Source: Laetmonice hystrix (lineage: Eukaryota). Taken from it: a DNA stretch of 64,000 nucleotides. A program made the translations under genes and the position numbers. Positions 1 through 13,918 of the stretch are shown here, piece by piece; position 1 is the first letter of the stretch; every line of letters starts with the position of its first letter. The notes below the pieces were generated by a model. The model was given only the letters and a program-made list of their open reading frames with translations, searched no databases and was not told the origin of the DNA. The stretch is taken from assembly GCA_965235115.1 (NCBI GenBank), contig OZ249436.1:39992001-40056000 (forward strand), written 5' to 3'.

Positions 1-451
1 CATCTTGTGACGTCCTGGCAGTGGCACATCTTGTGACGTCCTGGCAGTAGTACATCTTGTGACGTCCTGGCAGTAGTACATCTTGTGACGTCCTGGCAGT
101 GGTACATCTTGTGACGTCCTGGCAGTAGCACATCTTGTGACGTCCTGGCAGTAGCACATCTTGTGACGTCCTGGCAGTAGCACATCTTGTGACGTCCTGG
201 CAGTAGCACATCTTGTGACGTCCTGGCAGTAGTACATCTTGTGACGTCCTAGCAGTGGCACACCTTGTGACGTCCTGGCAGTGGCACATCTTGTGACGTC
301 CTGGCAGTGGTACATCTTGTGACGTCCTGGCAGTAGCACATCTTGTGACGTCCTGGCAGTGGTACATCTTGTGACGTCCTGGCAGTAGTACATCTTGTGA
401 CGTCCTGGCAGTGGCACATCTTGTGACGTCCTGGCAGTGGTCCTGGCAGTG
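1..451. repeat. 26-bp minisatellite (CATCTTGTGACGTCCTGGCAGTRGYA), 17 copies, runs off the left window edge
   Basis: Unit starts every 26 bp at 1, 27, 53 ... 417, with a partial unit to 451; almost all variation is at two positions. Confidence 0.97.
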
Positions 452-693
452 AGTGTGTGTAATCGAACACCAACAAAATGAGATCCCTTTTCGACAGGCT
501 TTGAAAAGTTCATCCGCCGACTAGAAGTGTGACCCGCGGGGCTCTGAGAAAGCGCCGATAATGCAGTGCTTAGGTTACTACGACCACCCAGAAGTACAAA
601 CACGCCACGCCGACCGCGAAATCCTCCACACGGCCTGCAAAAGCCACGACGCGGCGAGGAAAGCCTCGACTCGACGCACCCATGCCGTGCCGT

Positions 694-927
694 GTCGAGG
701 TTTTGGTTGTCGAGTCAAATTATTGGTCGCCGAGTTGAGGTTTTGATCGTAGAATCGAGGTTTTGATCGTCGAGTCGAGGGTAATGGTCGTGGAATCGAG
801 GGTAATTGTCGTCGAGTCGAGGGTAATGATCGTCGAGTCGAGGGTAATTGTCGTCGAGTCGAGAGTTATGGTCGTGGAATCGAGGGTAATGATCGTTGAG
901 AGTAATGGTTGTCGAGTCGAGGTTTTG
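694..927. repeat. Degenerate 20-21-bp tandem repeat (GTCGAGTCGAGGGTAATKRTC), about 10 copies
   Basis: Visible periodicity; explains the repetitive ORFs 715..1170, 720..932 and 763..1062. Confidence 0.85.
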
Positions 928-2705
928 CTCACCGTGTCGTGGTTTTTGCTTGTTTTTGTACTTCTGGGCCACAGTAGTACGCAGGTGGGCAGTTGGGCAG
1001 CAGGGGAGGTAAGCAGGTGGGCAGGTCGGCAGGTTGACAGCTGGTGGCCGCATCAGGACTAAATTACCGGTTGTAGGGTCCATTGTCCGGAAGCGTGGAA
1101 TGGTTTTTCCAGCTGAGTCATCAGGATTGATGTAGGCTAACCGCACGTTATCTTGGAAAATGTCAGACAAAATTTGGAATAATGTTGACAGGTGACGCAG
1201 TAGCGAGTTTCAGGGTCATACATGTACTCTGGTTTACCCAGGCCCCTTATTTTGAAATGGTTGACAGTTATAGTTAAACCACATTTGGAAACTGTCTCTC
1301 GCTTGATTTTCATGTAGACTAAGGTATATAATGTCACTATTATTACTAGACCTGGAATCGTATATATTTTGTTTTATTGCTACGGCCAACAGTAGTTACC
1401 AATAATGTCGCTTTAAACTTTAAAATCAGCAAATCAGCCCATGTTCCCGAAGCCATCGGTAGCGTAACGTGATCGTTAGGCTCTGGTTGGTCCCTCGTTA
1501 CGAACACTGGGCTGTTCCCGAAGCAGTCGTTAGCACTAATGTGTTCGTTAACTGAACGACAGGGGCAGAGTTCTTGTTAGGCCCTCGTTATTGGCTCGTG
1601 TACAACAGCAGATCAATCTCTCTCCATTCAACAAGCCATAACGTAAAAACTTTTAGGTGTTTGGAAAGGAAACTCAAGGTATAACGCAGCTGCGTTATTA
1701 ACGCAGATGCGCAAATAGCCTCATTTGAGGTTAATGTGTTGCATAACTAATAGCGCAACGCACTATGCGTTCAAAGCGCGTTGTCTGGCTCTAAAATCGT
1801 TTAATTAATGCGCACCTATAAGGGTTTGCGCTAACTTCCCATTATGAAATATAAAGCTGGCAATTCTACGAAAATACGTAACGTGGATACTTAAATTGAA
1901 AAGTAGGGGAGACCGGGGACAATTACGCAAATGCTTATGAAACACTTCAATGCAACGATCGCTATCTTCATCGTTCGCTAATAACGCACTTGTGCGTTAT
2001 TAGTGTGCGTTCGCTGTTAGTTATAAACGGGGCCCTGATGTCTGTAAGATTTGAGTTCGATCGCCTGCGTATTTCCGAAATGCCACTGAGTTAAATTTAA
2101 TTTCAATCCAGCAGATTTGAAATTTGAGAATTACTGATGGAACGTTATTTAGTATTCATGTGGTTGAAAGCAAATATGGTAAAATGAGGTAAGAGATATT
2201 ATATAATATGTACTTTTAGTAAAGGTAAGTGTATTTCTCGTTTCATAATGAAAATGGCTAATGGCATCTTCGAAACATTCGGTCCCTGGAATTCCCTTTT
2301 GACGTTTGACAAATTTTGACGCTAGGTGGTGCACAATGGGAGATGACCATTTTTGGCGTGCAAGTTGTGCTTGTGTACATGTGTATTATCATGTTTTCTG
2401 ATTGCTTGTAGTAATTATATACATACTTTTCATGCTTATTGTCAGGATGTCTCCAAAAACAGTGTGTCTCAAAAACAATTCCCATTTCTGACCACTAATT
2501 CCATAAAGATGGCCACAGAAACTTCATTTATAACCTGTAGGTCTTAAATTCCGTCCCTTACACACTGGTAGTAGTACAAATCAGTAGGCATGATATTTAA
2601 CGATGGCCTAAACACCCTACACATAGGAACAGAAGCTTTCCTAATGTTTTAATAATACTTTAGAATACTTTATTCGCCCTTAATGCAAGTGGCCTAATCG
2701 GTCAC

Positions 2706-2873
2706 CGGTGGTGGATCCGGGATTTTTTTTCGGATGGGTACAGAATGTGTGGGTGCTATGTCTGGGGCTACGCGTGGTCACGTCTGTTCATTTTCAGTAT
2801 TGGAGGGGCCCTGCTTTGGGGAAATTTCGAGGGGAGGGCGGGCCCCCTGCGTCCCCCTCTAAATCCGCCACTG
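2706..2873. mobile_element. Short hAT-like non-autonomous element with 5-bp TSD
   Basis: Termini CGGTGGTGGAT...ATCCGCCACTG, flanked by direct GTCAC (2701-2705, 2874-2878). Confidence 0.7.
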
Positions 2874-5800
2874 GTCACCTGCAGGAATGACCTGCATTGA
2901 CGCCCAAAGAGGGAAAACGGTGCTTAACGTGCTCGTTATTGACGAAACGCAAACGATCAGCTAACGATGGCTTCGGCTAACCCTTGTGAACGTTCTCGGT
3001 AGTCTTTCGTTCTTGGCCCTAACGATGCCGTCAATGGCCTGCATAACGATGGCTTCGGTACCAGTGGAAAAAATATTGTGATGCATTATGATGTAATATA
3101 AGGGGAACATTGTGTCGTGGGAATTATAGGGATCGAAAGTTATAAATGGGGTATTTTGCACATGGCTGCAAATCCACCCTAACTAGGTGATATCCATATC
3201 TTCCTAACTCTTACTTATTTTCTCGAACGTCACATTTCGTTTCTGACTTTGGCTGAAGGTGATAAACATCGAACTGCTTGTGATGTACGACCCATTAATT
3301 GGAAACATGACCATAAATCTTGAGTTGACCTTTCAATGCCACTCCAGAACCAGGAGAATGGTGTCAAATGGAACCTTGATTAAAGCGATTCTCATCCTTC
3401 AGCATCGTGCGGTAAGGGGCCATGCTATCGGTCATTATGCTATTTATAGATGACACAGCATACGATGCTCGTAGTAATCAAATATATCGCCAGGCCCTGT
3501 TGCATTTTTTTTATCCCTTAACGACAAAATCTTTGCGGTCGCTAGCGATTACTGCCCACGATAGCGACCATTCCGTTGCATATTGGACACCACAAGTTAT
3601 CAGCCGTAGCTGGGGGGGGGGGGGGGGGGGAGGGGGGGGGGCTGAATCCCAGAACATTGTCTATAGGCCTAAAGACTTGTCTCTATCGCGTATTTGGCGC
3701 TGTAATTTTCAAATTTATCTGGGGGGGGGGGGAGGGGCCGGGTTATCGATTTCTGGATAACACAGTTTCCTCTGATTTATCTTAGATTATTAAAATAAAT
3801 AATCCTTAAAAAGGTCTGAGGCTGAAGCCGAATGGATATTAAATTGGGCTTGAGGGCTAGATTACAAAAGAAAGAAATTAAGGTAGCAAAACAGAGCCCA
3901 AATAATTTATCGAATATCATAGTTTGCCAAATAGTATGGAACTTTTTCTTCCTTGCCGTGTGGCGGGTTAAGGATCACAGCGGCGGCGTAGTGATTTTTT
4001 GTGAGCCATTCTGGTAGAATGTGGATGGCTGCAGAGAGGATTACTCAGAGCGTAATCTAACCTGCGTGTATAAGGAAGGGGATTCGTTTCCTGAAGGTTA
4101 TCATATTTCTTTCCCCTTTTTGGGTTGCAAATGGTTCTAGATGCGAAACAACAACAACAACGACGAATACAGCACCGATTGCATTGATCCATGTATAAAT
4201 ATATTAGCGAGGTGTCGCAGGTCCGAACGGGTACGGGCCCTACGGGTAGACTGACTGTGACATAACTTTTACCGAAATGTGCACTCATCTAAAAACGTAC
4301 CCGTACAGACTACATGCATGGGATGTGTGGAGGCGAGTTTACTAGTACATGGAAACGTATAATATTATAACCAAGCATAGGACTAAGATCTAAAATGACG
4401 AGGAGGCTCGGGGTAAATGTATGTCGGATTAGTGCCTGGGTCCTGGAAATATCCCCATGACCCCGTCGCGTACGCCCATGATAACACGTATATTGTACCA
4501 TCAAAACATACATGTTGAGTTCAAGTGTTTGTTATATATAAACCATCGTTGGATATAAATGATAAATGGAATAAATCTGAGCACAATTTGCCTGCTGACT
4601 AGCTTTGTCCTAACTCAGCTGCGCCAAGGCACCCTGTGTAGCTAGAGCGTCAGAGAGACTCGCAGCGAAACAACTCTGCCTGACGGAACCTGTACGGGTG
4701 GTCAGGTAGTGACCTTGCCTATACGTACAAGGTACAAAACGTGTGGCGAAACCTCTCTAATTTTCTCGCTGGTAGCAACTGGTAATTTGTCCTTGTTACG
4801 TACAGGCGTTTATTGACAAGACACGCCTGCCTCGTATTTATGAAAAAAAATCAATGGTTCTTGCCTAAGGCATAACGAGTGTGGCCATGCAAATATTATA
4901 ATAATAAGGTACTGAAGGATCTCAGGGCGTCGCGGGCGGGGGAGGGGTTACGACTTCCGAACCCCCTTCTTTCGGTTGACGCGGTGGTATTGAGGGGTGG
5001 CTTTATTTTGGAATGTTTCGCGCCTGTCCTGGGGGGCGCCCACAACCTGCCGCCCGACCTAATAACTATCCTGATCCTTATATAACTGACCAAAAGTCCC
5101 TCAAAGAGTTTTGTAATATAACTATAATTATCCCTATCCCTAATTTTGAACCCATTTGGAAAAATTTGAGCGAAGAAAACAAAAAAAAAAAAACAATGCA
5201 AGTCTAGTTTCGAACCCACAACCTTCAGATTACATAGACGTGGGAATGGGGGGGGGGGGGGGCGATTGCCCCCTCAGCCTTTATGTTGCAATAGTATAGT
5301 TCCCCAAATATTTACCAGTTATATTCTATTAACAGAGATACCACTATTAGGAGACCAAAAATCAGGAAAAGGAAAGTCGCACTTAGCTTTGGGCCACCGA
5401 GGCCCAAGGGTGTAGGCAGAACTGAGATATTGGGGGGGGGGGGGGGGGGGGGTCCAACTGAGATGTCGGGGGGGGGGGTCCCAACCATAATATTAGTAAT
5501 TCATTTATATCTATTTAGTTATCTTTTTTTTTTTGGGGGGGGGGGGTCCGGGCAACCCGGAAACCCCCCTGGCTACAGCCTTGAGGCCTCTGGGTGTTTG
5601 ACATTTAACTAACATTTAACTGACAGGCCTAGTGAACAAATGTTTCAGAAAAGTCAAACTGAAGAATTACAGCAATATTTGTTCCAATGGTGCAAGCTGT
5701 GGCAGCTTTTCGCCAAGAAAACAAAACACGAAAGAAGTCCTGAATATACAGCAGAACCAGTGAGTGTATGGCAGCGCTTCTTGTTGTCATAGCTCCTTTA

Positions 5801-5917
5801 TTTAAACCACCTCAGTTTGTGGTATGGTAAAAATTCAATTTTTGTCCCTACTGTTGTTGCTGCCCCACCCAGAAATGTTGCCGTATGCATCAATTGGGCT
5901 CTTCTTGTGGGGTCCTG

Positions 5918-6141
5918 GGGTGGTTTGCACTAACAACGGTCCTACGGGTTAGGTCTGAATTTAGGACCAGTCCTACATTCAACAGGGGCCAATATCCATA
6001 ATTTAAATGTAATTTGTCAACTTTTATATCTCAAGGGCTATTCAAACTCAGATAGATATGAAGTGCTTGGGGGGCATGACACTCAGTAGGACTGGTCCTA
6101 AATTCAGTCCTAACCCGTAGGACCGTTAGTGCAACCCGTCC
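5918..6141. mobile_element. PIF/Harbinger-type MITE
   Basis: Long imperfect TIR (TTGCACTAAC..GGTCCTACGGGTTAGG..AATTTAGGACCAGTCCTAC and its reverse complement); CTG on both sides. Confidence 0.8.
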
Positions 6142-7921
6142 CTGGGCCCCACGTACTGGGGGATTCTGCTGGGTCTACAATTAGTATACAGTTATTGAGA
6201 GCAGCAATCTGCTTTCTGCGAGCATCGCATCCGTTCGCTTCAGTTTATAGCCTGAGCGGTGTCTGCACTCAAAGTAATGCCACGCCACAAAAAAAGAGAA
6301 AATAATCTGTCGATGTTAATCGGGTTTCCATCTTTCGATGAATCGCTATAGAAATGGAAGTAATAAAAAGGGGGAGAAGCAGAATGACGCACTTGATTAC
6401 AACAGTTAATCCTTTTAAAAGATGTTGGGAAGAGTGCACGCTGGAACTGAGTGCGCCCTTCTGTTATTAAAGAACTAATTAATATCCAATACATGTCACT
6501 TAACAAGAAGAACAACTATGGGCCGGATCTAATGTTGGAGAGATAATAGGATATTAAATTCAAGGTTCAGTTGAAGGGTCTTTTAGAATATTGATCTGCC
6601 ATATTGCTATCCGTGTCAATACTTTCACTAAAAATACACACTGAATGATTAGGGCTGCACTGGAGTTGTATGTTCATGTTTAATCAACATATTTAGAAAA
6701 GGATTGCACGACGAAAACCCCTTATGGACTTTTCAGTCCATAACTTTTAGCGGCCCTATCGGGTTCTAAATATACACAAGCAAAGCTCCTTAGGGGCAGA
6801 CCATTTAATTGCTGGGTGGGGGGCGGGGGTATGGTTTCTTCGTAAAAAAAAAGTTTGTTTGGCAAATTGACCCCAAAAAATAGTTTGCCAAATGTGAGTG
6901 AAAAAATAGATTGTTGACAGGCAGCAGATTTATAAAAAAAATCTGCCCGAAACTGATAAAAAAATTAAAGAAGACCAAAAACGTTCCTCGCTCCGCTCGG
7001 TCAACAGTTTTATCTATAGGCATACAATACTGAGTAAAACATATCAATATGACATGCAATTGAATACTAGTATGTATAACTTGATCAATTGTTTTATGTA
7101 GACATTCGCTTGCACTACAAGACATTTGAAAGCCCACAAATCTGTGAAGACAATTAGAACTTCCAATTCGTTTGATAGTCTATTATAAAAGTACTGCATG
7201 GTTCAAAACTGAGTACAGTACAATCATATATTCCTAAGGCTGTGTTAGAGACGTTATATCTAGGATCTGGAGATTTTCTCCAACCTCTGTCATAGGCGAT
7301 GGAACCGGGGGGGGGGGGCAGGGGGCGCCTGTTGCCCCCCGGGGGGGGGGGAGTATATAGTTTTGCCCCCTCCAGCTCCAAGGTGGCAGGAGAGGGTCAG
7401 ACCGTCAGAGGGCCTAGATTTTGTTCCCAGATGCCAGGAAAACGTGCATTTGGCACTTTAATTTTCAATTGTTTCTGGGGGAGGGCCCCCAAACCCTCCG
7501 CTCCAGGCTTTGCGCCTTCGACGCTCATATCACCAGCATTTCAAAACTTGGAACTCGGGACCTATGATTTGGTCTCCCCCCCCCACCCACCTGTCTATAT
7601 CTTCCGGCGCCTATGTCTGTGGAACAGGAATTTACGGGGTAACATTATATGGTTGCTGCAGAATTATGTCCTTGAAAAAATTGTTTGTCTCTGCCACCTC
7701 GGCGATATCCAGCGCAGAGTTCTCGGACCATTGGAACATTTGTCGACGCACAGTGTCAGGTTGTCCCGGGTCTATATTTCCAAACTCGATCCACGCCAAC
7801 AGATTTTCACCCCCGCGTCAAATAAAATCGTGTAGATTTGCAGTGAGCATGAACGGAGGCTAAATGTCTCTCAGACTTGCACTGCATGGTTACTGACCAA
7901 GTTTACTCTGACTGTAATCTA

Positions 7922-7982
7922 CGGTGGCCGGTTAGTGCCAAATTCAAATACAGATATAAAAAGTCAAATACACCGGCCACCG
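7922..7982. mobile_element. 61-bp mini-MITE with TA flanks
   Basis: TA-CGGTGGCCGGT ... ACCGGCCACCG-TA inverted repeat. Confidence 0.55.
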
Positions 7983-8335
7983 TAGTAATCCCTCTGACCA
8001 CTAAGGCGGGGGGAACACGCCCCAGCTAAGCTTTTTGGAATGCAGTTTCCAGACGGATCTTAACTGGATTAAAGACACGTCCAATGGTCTGAAAGACTCA
8101 TTAGATGTCTGAACATGATGTTCATCCAAACGAGGATTCATCTGAAAGCGAAAACGAATTTCACACCACAATACACAAGACCTTTAAAAGCCGTCTTGGG
8201 ATGATGTAGGTTGAGATAAGGCGATGTAAAGATGTAGGCCCAGACCACAACACAGTGAATGAATATTTTTTATTACCGCGATCTGTGCATACAACAGTGG
8301 CGCCGGAATGATATGAAAAGTGGGTAGGCCACCAG

Positions 8336-11300
8336 GGCCCTGTTTCATAAAAAATCTTACATTTTAGATTTAATCATATTGTCGATGTACGATAGATTCT
8401 GTTTCATAAAAGATCGTTCTTGTCGAAGAACGATAAATTTGTCACGACCAAATGAAAAATCGCTCAAGTGTTTCATAAAATCGTTCTTGGCTTTTTTTCA
8501 ATCGTTATTTCTTCGAAAATAGTCGTTGGCCACGACCACCCCGAGGGTTGTCGTAGGATAATATAAAAACACGAAATGAGTGAATTTTGGCGGAATTTTA
8601 CTACAACCGTCATTTATGGAGAGGAGAAGGAGGCGTCGGTGTTCTTCGCGGGAATAAACCCAATTAATACTAGGTTTTACGGTGACTTATTCGTGAAACA
8701 TATCGTTATTTCCTCGAAAAAAAATCGTTGGCCACGACCACACCGAGGGTTGTCGTAGAATAATATAAAGGCGCGAAATAAGTGAATTTTTGCGGAATTT
8801 TACTTCAACCGTGAATTATGGAGGGGAGAAGGAGATGGTTCTTCGCGAATAGACCCAATTAATAGGTTTGACGGCGACTTATTCGGGAAACGGTATCGGC
8901 TGGACAAGGAGTCAGTGATCGCCCTTTCAAGAACATATGAAGACTCGCCGTTTTGCTCAACGTCCAGCGACCCAAGTAGTATCATGAATATAGTCAAAGC
9001 TTGAATTTGTGTAAAGAACCTAACATTTATTCAAAATTTCCCAAATGTATTACTTAGAAATAAGTAAGGTATACTTCTTTAATAGGGTAATTCCTCTTAA
9101 AGTAATTAAGATGCCTATATCAGCTGTGTAGGCCTAAAACTAACTCACCAAAAATATGTTAATAACCCCTTCCTTATTTTGCAGATGTGTTTGGCCCTGT
9201 GCTTCTACGCGACAGGGCCCAACTACAGAGTTCTGAGCGACCTCTATAGGACTTTAGCAAGCCCACCGTTAGCCGGGCCGTAGGGGAGGTGACGGATATT
9301 GAGGGAGTCCATACTACATGCCTCTCTCATCTTGTGCTTTATCTTGGGAGATGATGACTTTTTCTTCTCTTTGTGTTCTTTGTGTTCTTTACTGGGAACA
9401 TCCGGGACATGGGGTTTCTTGTGGAGGGCAAAACATAAGACATGTATGCCTACAATGTAGGCCTACATGATTTTATCCTTTATTTACCGGATAACAAGCA
9501 CTAAGTCTTAGTACTAGCCCTAACTAGGTATCTACTATAGGTCTATACGGTGTAGTGTTTTCCATTCAGCAGAAATACTTGGTCGCCCAACTACTTATGT
9601 TTTTTTACCATACCAGCCCATTATAAACAAGCTGCTTATAGCCCCCATCAAGAACTATGGATTCTTGAAGAAACGATGCACGACTTCAATTGATCTTTAA
9701 AGGGCAAAGAAAATATTGCCAAAGGAAACTTCGTATGTACTTCGTCCGCATCTTATAGTAACTATGCAGTTATGTACAATTTGATAGTGTTATCCGACGT
9801 GAAGTGTTTTGTCTAGATACAGGCAATTGCAAATATGCTTGACTTTGATTGACCTTTAGAGGTTAGTTAAATTCATGGAAATTCATGATTTTCTCTCTCA
9901 ATTTTTACTAATATTAGTAAATTTCACCAGACCCCGTCAGAGTCACAGCCCACCAACTGAGTAGGGACTAATTATCTGTGGGTCCATGAACTATGTGTAC
10001 TTTTGGCACGCTTGTTGCCCCTCATGCCTTCTGTCACCAAGAAAGAAGGACAGAAAATGTCAGAGTTATTGTTTCGATTTTTTTTATATCCAAGATGGCC
10101 ACCAAGCAGCCATTTTTATATGTTTGACCTGTGTCCTCCTTAGACTGTCCCTGGTTATTATGTAATGTTGCATGCAAGATTAGATCTTGTTATCTTCAAC
10201 TGATTTGGAGGTACAGGCCATTAAAATCTGCCTGACCTTGATTGACCTTTCAAGGTCGCTCAAGGTCATGGGAAATGGTGCCAAATGAAACTTCATATAT
10301 GACTTCCTATCTGTCAATAATAGTAACTATTGCCTTATCTTGCACCGTTGTCAGGATACGAGCCAAAACAGTGTTATGGGGGAGTAAAAATATTACTGTG
10401 ACCGCCATGTCGCCATATTTGCTCTGATCTGAGAATACATTGGCATATTCATTGCCCCTCATATGCACCTTCTTTCCACCAAATTTGAAAGAAATCGGGA
10501 TCGTTTTGTCTGAGTTATTGCTCCAAATGTGATTATATCCAAGATGGCCACCACGCGGCCATTTTGACTGATGTCAAAAATATCCTTGACCTGCCTCTAC
10601 CTTGGACTGTACCTGATCATTATGTAATGTTTCATGCAAGATTATCTTGTTATCGTCAACTGTTTTAAAGATCCAGGCTATTGAAAATCTGCATGACCTT
10701 GATTGACCTTTCAAGGTCGCTCAAGGTCATTTAAAATGGCGCCAAATGAAACTTCATATATGACTTCCTATCTATCAATAATAGTAACTATTGCGTCATC
10801 TTGCACCGTTTTCGAGATATAAGCCAAAAGTGTCATTGTGGGGGTCAAGAAACAAATATGGCCGCCATGTCGCCATTTTGAATCTGAATTGAAATTGTAT
10901 TGCGATGCATATTGGCCATCAGTATGCCTCCTCCCTGGACCAGGTTTGAAAGAAATCGTGACTGTTTTGGCTGAGATATTGATGAAAATGTGTTTACATC
11001 CAAGATGGCCGCCAAACGGCCATTTTGAATGATATCAAAAATCTGTTTGACGTGCATCATAGTCAGATCATCCCTGATCATTGTGTGAAGTTTCAAAGAA
11101 ATCGACCCATACACTTCTGAGAAATCGCTGTCTACGGACATACGAACGCGCGTACATACGGCAGAACAAGCATGTGTCAAGGGGGTATTCCCGGAATTCC
11201 CCTCCTGACGTCACTATTCAGTTCATTCAACTGGTTCCCGGTTGTCTTACCCAGGGTCGACGAGGAACGATTTTCAAATATGTAACGATTTTGATTTTAC

Positions 11301-11414
11301 TCAACTATGCACTTTATGAAACGGAACCGACGATATATCGTAACGATTATCGTTCCTGCTACGATTTTTTAAGAATTATCGTTCTTTTTTGGTCGTGGTT
11401 TATGAAACAGGGCC
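8336..11414 (+). mobile_element. Non-autonomous PIF/Harbinger element, family A copy 1
   Basis: TIR GGCCCTGTTTCATAAA / TTTATGAAACAGGGCC; CAG target duplication (8333-8335, 11415-11417); transposase remnant inside; close second copy at 41781-46190. Confidence 0.92.
8818..9300 (+). pseudogene. Truncated, intron-split Harbinger (HARBI1-like) transposase N-terminus
   Basis: RIDPINRFDGDLFGKRYRLDKESVIAL..., then after a ttttgcag acceptor MCLALCFYATGPNYRVLSDLY..SKPTVSRAVGEVTDI, matching the L.(F/Y).ATG..Y....D..G.....V.R motif; frameshifted and truncated. Confidence 0.75.
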
Positions 11415-12517
11415 CAGGCTTGGAAATGGAACCTGGCTCTAGTGCATGGGGTTACGGTGATTTCAAATATAACAATCTTTATGTAGTCAAAACTCAGACT
11501 GGATGTCTTGTTGTAACCCGTCGATCATCCCCAACCGGCGAGACTCTATAAAACCCCAGAAGCCTGAACTGGGCGCTATAACGTCAGATGTTGAAAGATC
11601 CGGCGCCAATCATCTCACCTACAGCGTTCCAATAGCGCGCGGTCAACTATTTGCATGAATGCAATCATCCCCTATCCGATTGTGGCATCACATCAGTACC
11701 TGCAACTCGAATATAATCTAGCTTTGAATCGTGTCACCTAAAAATTACGGATGAACGACGTAAAAGGCAGGGTAGCAAGTTATAACACAGCTCCATAGCC
11801 ACTTGAACCAAATAGGGCAACATCCAACAATTTTACTAAGGACACGTCATATGTGTTCACAAATAGAACGCATACCTTGTTACTCCATGTCAAATATGGA
11901 CCTCGGAAATGGGTGCACATGGTGCACCAAGTGGTTCACCATCACGCGCTTGACTTGTCCATCAGGTATACTTGGTGAACAAGCCGACAGCAGCCTCGGG
12001 ATCACATCACATCAGCGGGGCTTGGTCATGCCATATTGGGATTCTAGTTCCAAATCGGTTCCATTTATGGCGCAAGTGTACACCTGCGTTGTGTGCGACG
12101 ACAATAATTGCCTTGAAAACTTTAGATCAGTATTTTAAAATAGCAGGATTTAAACAACTAAAATTATTTAAACTAATACACTACTACCTGTTTCATTTCT
12201 TTGGTCACAACTCCATTATAATTACAAAATTGATTTCCATTACTTTTTCGAAGGTGGGGTGGGGTGGGGGTATAGGGTGTGATCAACATACAAACGTTAT
12301 GTTGGTTAGTGGTATAGAACATATCTTTTGCCTTCGTAGATCATATATTATACCGGTTCCACTACTTTTTGGATTTCGCTTGCGACTTCATTAGACAAAA
12401 CCGGACTCAATATCTCAAGCACTAACATTTTAATGTAATCTTCTCGGTTTGTCGCAAATCTTTGCGACAGATCCATTATTGCCTACAACAATCACACGGC
12501 TTGCGACTCATTATGAA

Positions 12518-12727
12518 AGGGCCCTATCCACTAAGGCGACTTTCCTTGCGACGCCCATGCGATTTGGACATCACCCTTTACTGTAATTTTGAGACTAAAG
12601 GATGGAACGCATTTCCTGAAACGGAGAAGGCCAGCCAGGAAAGATTTCAGAGTGAAATTCTACCATTGAATCAAAAATCGCATGGCTGTCGTGCGCAAGA
12701 GGAATCGCCTTAAAGTGTATAGGGCCT
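12518..12727. mobile_element. Harbinger-like MITE
   Basis: AGGGCCCTATCCACTAAGGCGA..CATGCGATTT vs AAATCGCATG..TCGCCTTAAAGTGTATAGGGCCT inverted ends. Confidence 0.65.
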
Positions 12728-13206
12728 TTAATCTACTACATACGACAGACTGTCATGTCATTATCTCAAGGCAATGGGAAATCGCTTAGTGGGCATCGGC
12801 CTTGCCTAGTGTCCCCCTCCCCATTTACCCCCCCCCCCCTACTCCAGCTTGGGGTAGCAAAAGGTTTGGAACACAAACATATGCGGTGTTTAACCCTTGC
12901 CAGTTACTGAAAAGAGTAGGGCGTCGTATAGCCTAATTGTTTGGGATTCTTCAGTATCATTCTCGTCCTCATCAATAAATGGAATGGAACAAAGACGTGT
13001 TTCCATCCTGAAGGTGGCAACCCATCAAATTACCACCCGTCAACAGGACGCAGCAACATGATGGCATCGCCCGCCGTAATGTTGTGTCAGAATACCATTA
13101 CGGAACAATCATACATGTAGTTAGATACAGAACGGACATACCTTCGGAAATCATTTGTGATAGTCAGGTAGTGAGGTAGCCTACTGTTACACGACTTATA
13201 ATGGCC

Positions 13207-13918
13207 CAATCTCTCCCAGGGTTCACCGCGCGGGCGGATTTCACCTCTGTGGACATCTAAACAAAATGCACAAAATTTGAACATTTGATGTTCCCACCAA
13301 TATCATCTAGAAATTAGTATCAGTCCTTTTTCTGTTTGTCCCCGACTTTACAGAACAATGACACACATGTCATGTCATGGACTCTTTGCATGGAATTTTC
13401 ACTGATAACTGAGGAACTCTATCTTCGGACGGGTATTACTGGGGTATGTAATAAGGTCAGTGAACAAGTCGTGTAAATATACATTCGCCGGTTGTCAAGA
13501 TTACGAGGGTACGAAATTGTTCACGTCACAAACTTTGCCGATCTCCGGCGATAACAGTGCTTGAAATAAGAAAGGAGGAGCCTTCCTAAACAATTCTAAG
13601 TCTGTGACATTGTTTGGTTCAATATTTTATCCCCTTATGTCACGTTTCGACGTCCGTCCTTGTGTATTTTAGGAGTTAGGGGCATTTGAACTGCCGAAGC
13701 GAAGTATTTATATTTAGGGTCCGTTATGATCACATTTCATTGTGACCCATTGTGACGTACGCTATTGTGAATTGTTCCTGACGTCGCTGACATTGACAAC
13801 GGGCTACACGTGCTCGTTGTTGCCCTGGTTATTGTCTAAAAAGATAGTCCCGGCTAGATGTCAACAGAGGTGAAATCCGCGCCATCGTCCCCGGCGCGGT
13901 GAACCCTGGGAGAGAATG
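13207..13918. mobile_element. Non-autonomous TIR element with 9-bp TSD (Mutator-like or unclassified)
   Basis: TIR CAATCTCTCCCAGGGTTCACCGCGC / GCGCGGTGAACCCTGGGAGAGAATG plus inner IR GGATTTCACCTCTGT; perfect flanking ATAATGGCC (13198-13206, 13919-13927). Confidence 0.88.

Noticed and set aside
1..451. CRISPR-like array
   Set aside because: Head-to-tail repeats with no unique spacers, no cas genes, eukaryotic context; the same applies to 30609-31607
5195..5235. tRNA gene (B-box-like GGTTCGAA on the minus strand)
   Set aside because: Only a short fragment with no cloverleaf; at most a SINE remnant
7299..7863. 178-aa and 117-aa ORFs
   Set aside because: They begin in poly-G mini-element sequence and have no protein-like motifs
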